NCBI GenBank assembly: GCA_048635405.1
Contig: JAIVYO010000001.1
Span: 1 to 30,893, forward strand
DNA: 30,893 nucleotides
DNA from: Campylobacterales bacterium
Lineage (GTDB): Archaea; EX4484-52; GLR71
Reading direction: 5' to 3'
In this document: piece after piece, positions 1 to 7,728 of the stretch
Layout of the letters: every line of letters starts with the position of its first letter
Position numbering within the stretch: the stretch's first letter is position 1
The notes under the pieces: generated by a model
The model's database searches: none
Told to the model about the DNA's origin: nothing
What the model saw: the letters and a program-made list of their open reading frames with translations, nothing else
Program-made: the position numbers and the translations under genes

Positions 1-2
1 AG

Positions 3-443
3 GCTGCGATCGCTTCTCTTTTGCTTGCTAAGCACCCAGTTTTCAGTATTAACGGAAATGTTGCCGCATTAGTTCCAGAATCTATTGTTGAATTAGCAGA
101 GATTCTAGAAGCAGATATTGAAATAAATATTTTTTATCAAGCTCCTGGAAGAATTGAAGCAATTACTTCTATTTTGAAGAAGGCAGGAGCAAAAAAAATA
201 TTAGGTTTAGGAGATGTACAACCAAAAGCCTTATCCAATATAAGTTCTAATAGAAGAATAGTTGATCCTCGAGGAATCTTTTCGGCTGATGTTGTTCTTG
301 TACCATTGGAAGATGGTGATAGAACTGAAGCTCTAATCCAAAATAATAAAAAAGTTATAGCTATAGATTTAAATCCGCTTAGTCGAACTGCTCAAAAAGC
401 CGATATTACAATTGTTGATAATATTATTAGAACTATCCATTGA
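3..443 (+). CDS. Archaeal phosphopantothenate synthetase (4-phosphopantoate--beta-alanine ligase); 5'-partial and apparently 3'-truncated
   Basis: Frame is open from base 3 (AAIASLLLAKHP...). Family motifs seen: SINGNVAAL, DVVLVPLEDGDRTEAL, VIAIDLNPLSRTAQKADITIVDNIIR. It stops at TIH*, whereas family members normally continue about 40-55 aa. Confidence 0.85.
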   Translation, partial: AAIASLLLAKHPVFSINGNVAALVPESIVELAEILEADIEINIFYQAPGRIEAITSILKKAGAKKILGLGDVQPKALSNISSNRRIVDPRGIFSADVVLVPLEDGDRTEALIQNNKKVIAIDLNPLSRTAQKADITIVDNIIRTIH

Positions 444-943
444 CCTTTATTGATTCGTTCTTTAGAAAGGGTAGATGTAAGATTTCTGTTCTCTTCTATT
501 TCTTTTAAGATGTCTATAATCTTTTCACAGATGACCGGATTTTTATTTTTAAGACTTATTAGTTCATCCCATATTTTTATGAAATAGGGATTTGTCTTTT
601 TATATGTACTGCTGGCATCTTTCAATTCTATGTCATAATTGATTATGTTGTAATTGTCTAAATATTCTTTTATCTTGTTTGAGAATTCTTTACCCTGTAT
701 TTGAGATGTCTTATAAAGAGTTAGCATAAGTGAGTCTGTTCTTCCTTCACTATTTCTTATTTCATTGAACCGGGACATAGATTTTGCGATGAAAAAACCT
801 GCGAGGATTGCGAATAGGAAAGTGCTTACAGTTAAAATAAGCGTGATTTCTTCTGAAAGGCCATGACCTTTTATATTTATAGAAATGATTGCGAAAAATA
901 TCACGCTTATAAATCCACCGTTTAGTGAGGTCAGGTATTTCAT
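392..943 (-). CDS. Membrane protein, possibly DUF4239-like; probably 3'-truncated
   Basis: Two N-terminal hydrophobic helices (FLFAILAGFFI), a helical soluble region, then a W-initiated hydrophobic segment that overlaps the antisense of the previous gene by 52 bp. The family call is a tentative resemblance only. Confidence 0.5.
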   Translation of the reverse strand: MKYLTSLNGGFISVIFFAIISINIKGHGLSEEITLILTVSTFLFAILAGFFIAKSMSRFNEIRNSEGRTDSLMLTLYKTSQIQGKEFSNKIKEYLDNYNIINYDIELKDASSTYKKTNPYFIKIWDELISLKNKNPVICEKIIDILKEIEENRNLTSTLSKERINKGQWIVLIILSTIVISAF

Positions 944-986
944 AATAATATTTTATTCTGGTCGTATATATTGATTTCCTTTTTTC

Positions 987-1070
987 TCATGTCTCAAATT
1001 CTTTTGAGATTTCTCCCTCTATCTCATCTCTTCTGCCTTCAAGATGCAGGTCAAAGCTCTTGTTTATGTG
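987..1070 (-). pseudogene. Orphan 3' tail of an ATPase subunit E gene, with no start codon
   Basis: Translates HINKSFDLHLEGRRDEIEGEISKEFET*, versus HINKSCDLHLENKRDGIERKIAEILEVNQ* at the end of 1841..2398 (16/27 identical). There is an in-frame stop upstream at 1089-1091. Confidence 0.85.
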
Positions 1071-1071
1071 A
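1011..1071. repeat. Degenerate direct repeat, copy 1 (pairs with 1871..1931)
   Basis: 53/61 identical at an offset of 860 bp; the core 1038-1071 matches 1898-1931 at 33/34. Confidence 0.9.
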
Positions 1072-1092
1072 TTTTCTCTCTTTAAAGGCTAT

Positions 1093-1833
1093 TTGTTTGC
1101 TTCATGTGATATATTTAAAAATATTAGTATGCTTTATTATCTTAGAGGAGTAATAATTGAGATTCGAAGACTTTGTCAGAAATTTGGTGTTATTATGGAA
1201 GACGAAATAAAAATAGAAGCAGCATCTCCTGAACTGCTTGAAGAGGCAATAAAGACATTGCCGTTTAAGCCTGTATATTTTGTAATTTCTATGCTGGCAG
1301 GCGGGATTTCTGATCCGGGATATAAAGAGAAGGGCGGGGAAGAAAGATATCTCTCTGAGTGTTCTATAAATAATGTTATCCCCAATTCGCAAGTATCTTT
1401 TGTATATAATTCCAAGGCGGGATTGTTTGTCCCAAGAAGTTCAGGCAACAGTATGATAAGATTTTATGAATCTTCATCAGATGATATGATTGATGCGACT
1501 GTTCAGAAATTATTGAAAGGCGGAAGGATACATAAGATTGAGGTTAAAGCAGAAGAGATTCCATCTCCTGTATTCCCAAATTTTAGAGATACATTTTTAC
1601 CTATGTTATTGGAGTGCGGTTACCAGTTGAGGGAGGGTGACCTATGGCTGGATGCCGGATATTCAAGACAGGAGTATTCTGTTGGAGGCTATTATAGGAA
1701 TGGTGGCCTGGCTTTTGGGATTTATAGGGGTGCTGGAAAAGGTCTGGAACTGCAGTTGCATTCGAAAGTTTCCGATGACTGCAGAGAAATATTAACTGAT
1801 TGGTTCAGTAATCTTGAAAACGAATTTAAATAA
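1093..1833 (+). CDS. Hypothetical protein (likely start ATG 1195)
   Basis: Long ORF with no motif recognised; it lies between the two repeat copies. Confidence 0.7.
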   Translation: MFASCDIFKNISMLYYLRGVIIEIRRLCQKFGVIMEDEIKIEAASPELLEEAIKTLPFKPVYFVISMLAGGISDPGYKEKGGEERYLSECSINNVIPNSQVSFVYNSKAGLFVPRSSGNSMIRFYESSSDDMIDATVQKLLKGGRIHKIEVKAEEIPSPVFPNFRDTFLPMLLECGYQLREGDLWLDAGYSRQEYSVGGYYRNGGLAFGIYRGAGKGLELQLHSKVSDDCREILTDWFSNLENEFK

Positions 1834-1840
1834 GAATGTT

Positions 1841-2398
1841 TCATTGATTTACTTCAAGAATCTCTGCGATTTTTCTCTCTATCCCATCTCTTTTATTTTC
1901 AAGATGCAGGTCACAGCTCTTGTTTATGTGAATCTTTTTGTCTGTGATTATGAATCCGCCTGTGATATTTGCATGTGATGGCTTTATCTTCTTTTCCTTT
2001 AAGATTTTTTCAGCTTTTTTGTCGCCTTTTTTTATTGATGTTGACATGCCTTTTTTGTATGTGTTCCTGAATGAGCTTTCTAAGAACTTTTCATAATCTT
2101 TTGATGTAAGAAACTTCTTCACGCCTGAATCAATCAGTCTGTCAATAAGCTCTTTTTTTCTTTCCATAAGCTTCAGTTTCTGGGAAAGCCTTGCCCTGCC
2201 TATCATCTGTGTCTCTGTGCGCCTTATGTCTTCTTCTGCCTCTTCTGTTATCCTGTTCTCTTCTTCTGATTTTTTGATTTCAAGCTCAAGCCTTATCTTA
2301 TTCAGGTCTTCTGTGCATTTCTGGCTTATATGATACTTCTTATCTTCTGCTTCCCTCTCTATCTCTTTCAGTATGTCTTCTGCCTGCATGTGTTCCAC
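1841..2398 (-). CDS. atpE: A/V-type ATP synthase subunit E
   Basis: Charged N-terminal coiled coil, C-terminal ITGGFII...INKSCD motif, about 185 aa, and collinear with subunits H, I and K. Confidence 0.8.
   Translation of the reverse strand: MEHMQAEDILKEIEREAEDKKYHISQKCTEDLNKIRLELEIKKSEEENRITEEAEEDIRRTETQMIGRARLSQKLKLMERKKELIDRLIDSGVKKFLTSKDYEKFLESSFRNTYKKGMSTSIKKGDKKAEKILKEKKIKPSHANITGGFIITDKKIHINKSCDLHLENKRDGIERKIAEILEVNQ
1871..1931. repeat. Degenerate direct repeat, copy 2 (inside the 3' end of atpE)
   Basis: See copy 1 at 1011..1071. Confidence 0.9.
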
Positions 2399-2528
2399 TA
2401 GATTTAGTTTGGATATCTTTGCTTATATAGGTTTGAATATGGATGTCATCTGAAAACATATATAGGAAAAGTATAATAATAAATAGTAAGGAAAAGTAAT
2501 GAATAAAATATATTTTTGAGGTGCTAAG

Positions 2529-3572
2529 ATGAAAAAGATGAAAAACAATGTTCTTCTCGCATCAGCAATGCTGTTAATATTTATATTATCTATGCAGCCT
2601 GTTATGGCAGAAGAGCCAGGATCTACAGAGCCTGTCCTTGACACGACAAGACTTTGGGTGAACTATAATTACGCTCTTGTCCCGACAGAGAAGATTAAGG
2701 TGTCTATGGATGCTTTGATAACTTATGTCGGTGATTTGGGAGAAGACACGACGCAGCTTGAGGCGTACAAAGCTGACTTTGTGGCGAAGCAGGATGATAT
2801 GCTTGCGGTTGCTGAGAATAATGAGCCTTTGGGTCAGGTAATATCTGAGATGAGGGCTGTTGTCAAGAGTTTTAGGGATGAGGTCGCTTCTTTGGTGGGT
2901 GAGAATAAGACAGATGCAAGAGAAGCTGTGCGTGTGGCTCTTGAAGAGAATGAGGACACTTTCCATGAGATGATAGCTGAAGCAAGAACTCTGCACAAAG
3001 CGCATAATCTTGAGGCTTTTGATCATATGATCGATAAGGCGCAGGAAAGGATAGATGATGGTGCGGAAAAAGGTCTTAATGCTACAGAAGTCCAGGAAGC
3101 GCTTGATGAGATAAAGGCAAGGAGGGATCAATGGGTTACTACTATGGATGATGCCATAGAGTCATGCACTGTAAAGCCTGTAATTCACTGCAATACGACA
3201 GAGACTGATGAGTACAGGGCTCTTAAGGTAGAGATAAGGCAGGATTTCAAGGATATTCGGGAACTTGCAAAGAATGTAGGTAAGCAGCAGAGGATAGCGG
3301 TAGCGATTGCACAGGCAAGAGATGTTGTCGTCAAGACTCAGGAAAGGTTGAACAATGCAAATGTTGATGTCTCTGAGTTTCAGGAGTCGCTTGATGATAT
3401 ATCAGGCATGATTGACAGCGCGGAGGAGAATAATAATGCGAAAGGTTATGACGGTGCTATAGAAAACCTTAATGCAGCAAGAGAGATGTTTCGTCAAATG
3501 CGCCAATCTTCTATAACAAAAAGGAACTCTGCAATGTCTTTAAATGTAAGATCAGGAGTAGGAGCTGAGTGA
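2529..3572 (+). CDS. Secreted all-helical/coiled-coil hypothetical protein
   Basis: Basic N-terminus, hydrophobic core and VMA cleavage site; repeated amphipathic helices; one Cys pair (CTVKPVIHC). Confidence 0.75.
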   Translation: MKKMKNNVLLASAMLLIFILSMQPVMAEEPGSTEPVLDTTRLWVNYNYALVPTEKIKVSMDALITYVGDLGEDTTQLEAYKADFVAKQDDMLAVAENNEPLGQVISEMRAVVKSFRDEVASLVGENKTDAREAVRVALEENEDTFHEMIAEARTLHKAHNLEAFDHMIDKAQERIDDGAEKGLNATEVQEALDEIKARRDQWVTTMDDAIESCTVKPVIHCNTTETDEYRALKVEIRQDFKDIRELAKNVGKQQRIAVAIAQARDVVVKTQERLNNANVDVSEFQESLDDISGMIDSAEENNNAKGYDGAIENLNAAREMFRQMRQSSITKRNSAMSLNVRSGVGAE

Positions 3573-3811
3573 TTATGAGAAAGACATTTTTAGTGATGGC
3601 AGTATTTCTTATCCTTGCCGTATTGGTGAGCGGGTGCACTGGCAAGATTGCAACAGAATTACAGGAGATACAGCCTCCAACATCGAGCGTTCCAGGTGTT
3701 GATGTTGTCGGGACTGATGATATACCTGAAGTTTTAGATTCTGAAGGTATAGTTATTGAAGATTTTGTGCAGGATGCTGATACGGAAGTCGATTTGGGCT
3801 CTTTGATCTGA
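3569..3811 (+). CDS. Small predicted lipoprotein with an acidic tail
   Basis: LVSGC lipobox-like motif after a hydrophobic stretch; the start overlaps the previous stop (GTGA). Confidence 0.7.
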   Translation: MIMRKTFLVMAVFLILAVLVSGCTGKIATELQEIQPPTSSVPGVDVVGTDDIPEVLDSEGIVIEDFVQDADTEVDLGSLI

Positions 3812-3820
3812 GAGCTTCTC

Positions 3821-3843
3821 TTTTTCTTTTTCTTTGTTTTTCC
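3821..3843 (+). terminator. T-rich archaeal terminator candidate
   Basis: Run tttttctttttctttgtttttcc directly after the stop at 3811. Confidence 0.45.
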
Positions 3844-3897
3844 TGTTATTATCGCTTAAGAAAGGTTTTTAAAGTTTGATTCTGTTTATATCTTGTT

Positions 3898-4785
3898 ATG
3901 TTAGATTTTGGTGAAAATTTTGCAAAAGAATTGACTGAATGGGTTACTGGTCTTACAAATTCATTTAATCCTATGGGTATAAGCAGGAAGATTTCTGATT
4001 ATCTTGAAGAAAATCCGGTGCCTGAGACATTTTATGACGCTGAAATACGTTTTTTTTATGATTTTAAAAGTATGGAGCATGAATTTATAATTACTAAATT
4101 TATACCAATGCAGGATATGGATTTAAATATTATTGGTAAATTGCTAGGATTTTCTATATCATCTGACTTTGGAGAAACTCGGAATTTAAATATATCAGAT
4201 GTTAATGATGTTATTCAAGAGAAATTAAATGATCTTGAATCTTTATTTGATTCTGATGGGGTAAGTGAGAAAATTTCTGATTATCTGGAAAAAAATCCTA
4301 TGCCTAAAAATCTTTTTGCTGGCATTTATTATCATCATAATTTAAGTACACTTAAGGGTGGAATTAGTTTAATTAAAGATAAATCAGTGGGTGGAGTGGA
4401 ATCCAATTCTGCCTGTATGTTGGAGAAAAGCAAAGGCATCACACTTCCCGATTTTAAGAAAAGCCTTTATTTTCTTATGGATGAGTATGATCTTACCGCG
4501 ACAATGATTGTTGCTGATGATTTAGATACTTTAGAGTCGCTTTATGTTCGAAGTGTTAAGGGAGAAGACTCTTTTTCTGATTCTTATAGCAGCTCTGACC
4601 TAGGAAAAGTTCTTGATAGGAATTCTTCTTATTTTGATAAAAATTATACAGGTTTCCGTCTGTATGATTCAGGAAAAAATGATATTTTTGTGGTATTCAG
4701 AAAGCTGGAACCTGAAGCTGTTCTTGTAAATACATCTTTGAGAAAATCTCAACTTAGCGCTAAAAAGATCTTATCTTATTTCTAA
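3898..4785 (+). CDS. Hypothetical protein with an internal duplication
   Basis: AT-rich ORF; GISRKISDYLEENPVP and GVSEKISDYLEKNPMP are repeated. Confidence 0.7.
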   Translation: MLDFGENFAKELTEWVTGLTNSFNPMGISRKISDYLEENPVPETFYDAEIRFFYDFKSMEHEFIITKFIPMQDMDLNIIGKLLGFSISSDFGETRNLNISDVNDVIQEKLNDLESLFDSDGVSEKISDYLEKNPMPKNLFAGIYYHHNLSTLKGGISLIKDKSVGGVESNSACMLEKSKGITLPDFKKSLYFLMDEYDLTATMIVADDLDTLESLYVRSVKGEDSFSDSYSSSDLGKVLDRNSSYFDKNYTGFRLYDSGKNDIFVVFRKLEPEAVLVNTSLRKSQLSAKKILSYF

Positions 4786-4787
4786 AT

Positions 4788-5027
4788 TCAGACAGTAATC
4801 AACCCAAACCCGAATGCTATCAAAATTATCGCTATTGCAAAACCGTACAGTGCCTGGGTCTCTGTAAGGACTGCCATTGCAATGGATTTTCCGAAAAGCT
4901 TCTCGTTCTCTGCTGTTGCGCCTATCGCCGCTGCCACTGCTTTCCCCTGGCCTATGCCTGACCCTGCTGCTGCGAAGCCTACTGCTATCCCTGCTCCGAT
5001 TGCTATAAGACCGACCTGTTCAAGCAT
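4788..5027 (-). CDS. atpK: A/V-type ATP synthase subunit K (c), single hairpin, carrying the ion-binding Glu
   Basis: AAAGSGIGQG...VLTETQALYG. ATG at 5027 is preceded by an AGGTGA ribosome-binding site; the ORF track starts at GTG 5036. Confidence 0.92.
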   Translation of the reverse strand: MLEQVGLIAIGAGIAVGFAAAGSGIGQGKAVAAAIGATAENEKLFGKSIAMAVLTETQALYGFAIAIILIAFGFGLITV

Positions 5028-5036
5028 ATTTTTCAC

Positions 5037-5291
5037 CTATATTACTACCAATCCGAACCCGAAGGCGATAAGTATGAAGGCGACTGCAAAGCCGTAAAGT
5101 GCCTGCGTCTGGACAAGGACTGACATCGCAAGCAGCTTTCCGAAAGCGTTCTGCTTTCTTGCTGTCCTCTCAATTGCTTCCCTTGTGGTCTTCCCCTGAC
5201 CGATTCCTGAACCTGCTGATGCGATGCCTACAGCAATCGCGGCTCCGAGCGCTATCATTCCGATGCCTGCAAGCTGAGATTCTGCAATCAC
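5037..5291 (-). CDS. atpK: A/V-type ATP synthase subunit K (c) paralog, single hairpin, with Glu replaced by Gln
   Basis: ASAGSGIGQG...VLVQTQALYG. Confidence 0.9.
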   Translation of the reverse strand: MIAESQLAGIGMIALGAAIAVGIASAGSGIGQGKTTREAIERTARKQNAFGKLLAMSVLVQTQALYGFAVAFILIAFGFGLVVI

Positions 5292-5391
5292 CAGATATCA
5301 CTGGTTAATCTTTTGGTTCTCTTTGTATAAATAGATTTTTTGATTGATCTATACGAAAATACTTTTAACCCATGAGACCCTATATTAGATT

Positions 5392-6456
5392 ATGTCTGTC
5401 AAGAAATCTGTTGTCATTGCTGAAGGCACGCTAAGGATAAGGGCAAAGGATCTTAAGGTCTGCGAGAGGATAAAGAAGTCTTGGGAAATATCATCACGAG
5501 AGTTCCCCGAAGCTATTCATGTGGTGCAGCTCTTTAAGGCGCATGATAATCTTGATTATCTTGTTGACAAGAAAAATCCGGAGTTTCTTAAGGGGCAGCT
5601 GTCTTCTGAAGGCAAGACGCAGGGTGCAAGGATAAATATACTTCCAGATGGGAGGAAGCTGGACAAGGCATTTTCGCTTTTTGCTGAAGGTCTTACAATA
5701 CATGATGAGACGTCAAACAGCCATTGGGATGTTATCTACAAAAATCAGGGAGGCACTTATTCTTATGTATACACTCTTGAGAAGAAGAAGAAGTCTACAC
5801 GAAAGAAATACAGAGAAGTTGAAGAATTTGAGAAGCATTATTCTTTATTGAACAGGCGGGTCCTGTCAGCTCTTAAGGACGAGACAGACATAATTGCTGT
5901 ACCTCTTTATACATTGCTCAAGACCTATATGCGTGTGGGAAATGAGATATATTACAAAGCTCACGGGCACAAGGGGCTTACGACACTGAAGAAGGAAGAT
6001 ATCTCTATTGACGGCAACCAGGTGACATTTAATTATCTTGCAAAAGACGGCGTCCCTATGAAGATTACAGAGAAATTTCCGGAAGTATATATATCCAGAC
6101 TCAAAAAAATGCTCCAGCCGCTACGGGACTCTTCTTTTGTATTTGTCAATGCTATGACAGGTCACCCGCTTACGGATGTGCATTTCAAGGAGGCCTTTAG
6201 GAGATATTGCGGCGAAGAGTTTTATCCGCATATAGTGCGGTCTTTCTATGCGACTGAAAAGGCGAAGGAATTTCTTAAGCAACACAGCTCTGCGACAAAG
6301 AATGAACTTAAGGCATTCTTTCTTTCTGTAGCCGACAAGCTGGGGCATAAGAGGTTTGTGAAGAAAGAGCATGCATGGAAAGATAATTATACTGTGACTG
6401 TAAACCATTATATTCAGCCGGAAATTGTTGAGAGGATCAATTCGCTTGTGAAGTGA
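5392..6456 (+). CDS. Short type IB topoisomerase-fold protein (TopIB/tyrosine recombinase superfamily)
   Basis: TopIB-like motifs MRVGNEIY, GLTTL and FNYLAKDG. Candidate catalytic residues are R181, K218, H280xxR283, H319 (LGH) and Y340. Confidence 0.75.
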   Translation: MSVKKSVVIAEGTLRIRAKDLKVCERIKKSWEISSREFPEAIHVVQLFKAHDNLDYLVDKKNPEFLKGQLSSEGKTQGARINILPDGRKLDKAFSLFAEGLTIHDETSNSHWDVIYKNQGGTYSYVYTLEKKKKSTRKKYREVEEFEKHYSLLNRRVLSALKDETDIIAVPLYTLLKTYMRVGNEIYYKAHGHKGLTTLKKEDISIDGNQVTFNYLAKDGVPMKITEKFPEVYISRLKKMLQPLRDSSFVFVNAMTGHPLTDVHFKEAFRRYCGEEFYPHIVRSFYATEKAKEFLKQHSSATKNELKAFFLSVADKLGHKRFVKKEHAWKDNYTVTVNHYIQPEIVERINSLVK

Positions 6457-6513
6457 TTTTTTTAGGTTGATGCGGCTGAAAAAGATTTAAGATTATGCTG
6501 TGAAGTAATACTT

Positions 6514-7194
6514 ATGAAAGTTGCTGTTGTCGGTAAAGATGTTGATTCTTTTGAGAAGGCTATTATATCACATGGTCTTGAGATAGACAGGAAAAACCCG
6601 GAATTCGTGTTTTCTAACGGCGGTGACGGTGCCATACTTTTTTCTGAGAGGCTTTATCCCGGTGTGCCTAAGGTGACTGTCCGGTGCAGCTCTAAATGCA
6701 ACAGGTGCGAGTTTGATCCTGATGATATTGAAGATGTTGCCGAGAGGCTGAAGAGCGGCAGGTATGAAATTAAAGAGTATATGAAGATTGAGGCAGGCTT
6801 CAACGGCAAGATTGCTGTTGGGCTGAATGAGGTGCAGATACGAAATAAGCTGTTCACCAAGGCTGTGAGGTTCAATGTGTATGTTGATGACAAGATTCTG
6901 TGTAAGAATGTTATCGGCGACGGGGTGGTGATATCCACGCCTTTCGGGTCTACTGCGTATTATACTTCTGTCGGCGGGGAAAAGTTTGATTCCGGCATCG
7001 GTATCGCTCTTAACAACCCGCATGAGAGGGTCAAGCCTGTTATTGTCAGTGAGTCGTCTGCTGTCGAGATTGAGATTCTGCGTGAGGATGCATGCCTTGT
7101 GCATGACAATGATGAGGATGGTAAGGTTCTTCTGAAGAAGGGTGACAGGATTGCTGTCAGGAAGCATGACGGTGTTGCGAAGTTTGTTGTTTGA
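6514..7194 (+). CDS. nadK: NAD(+) kinase
   Basis: GGDG, LNEV and GDGVVISTPFGSTAY motifs. Confidence 0.92.
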   Translation: MKVAVVGKDVDSFEKAIISHGLEIDRKNPEFVFSNGGDGAILFSERLYPGVPKVTVRCSSKCNRCEFDPDDIEDVAERLKSGRYEIKEYMKIEAGFNGKIAVGLNEVQIRNKLFTKAVRFNVYVDDKILCKNVIGDGVVISTPFGSTAYYTSVGGEKFDSGIGIALNNPHERVKPVIVSESSAVEIEILREDACLVHDNDEDGKVLLKKGDRIAVRKHDGVAKFVV

Positions 7195-7210
7195 TGGTTT
7201 ATTAATCAAA

Positions 7211-7702
7211 CTATATCTTTTTTTCCATTATGATTGAAGAGCCGCAGTCTTTTATCTTTTTATATCCGAGCCTTTCGTAAAGCTTTATTGCCGGGTTTTC
7301 TTTGAATGTTCCAAGCCGTATTTTCGTTAATTTCCTGTCTTTTGATTCCTTTTCTATCAGGTTCATTAAAAGTGTGCCCAAACCTTTTTTTCTGAATTGT
7401 CTTGATATCTGGATGTTATTTATATAAGAATGGTCTTTTTTGAATTCAAAGACGTATAGCCCTATTCTTCTGTTCCTGTATTCTACAATCCTGACATTTC
7501 CTTTGCTGAAATATTCCCTGAATATTTTCGGGTTCCAGCCACCCCAGTACTTGTCTATATAGGGCGACATGCTCCTTTTGCTTATGTTGTAGCAGAACCG
7601 GTAGTCGTTGCCTGTGCATTTTCGGATGTTGAATTCAAGTCTGCCTATATGGATTATCATATGTATTGATAGTTTTTTGAAAGATATATGTGTTTTTTTC
7701 AA
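7211..7702 (-). CDS. GNAT family acetyltransferase (start may be downstream, at MIIHIG)
   Basis: Acetyl-CoA-binding motif QFRKKGLGTLLM and NPAIKLYERLGY. Confidence 0.85.
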   Translation of the reverse strand: MKKTHISFKKLSIHMIIHIGRLEFNIRKCTGNDYRFCYNISKRSMSPYIDKYWGGWNPKIFREYFSKGNVRIVEYRNRRIGLYVFEFKKDHSYINNIQISRQFRKKGLGTLLMNLIEKESKDRKLTKIRLGTFKENPAIKLYERLGYKKIKDCGSSIIMEKKI

Positions 7703-7728
7703 TCCTGTTTTTGAGTCTGATACTTATT

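Noticed and set aside
5037-5039. Genome-wide TAG or TGA reassignment to explain the in-frame stops
   Set aside because: TAG ends nrdG, the PRC-barrel gene and others at natural positions, and TGA ends atpE, nadK and the ferredoxin. Only site-specific readthrough remains possible.
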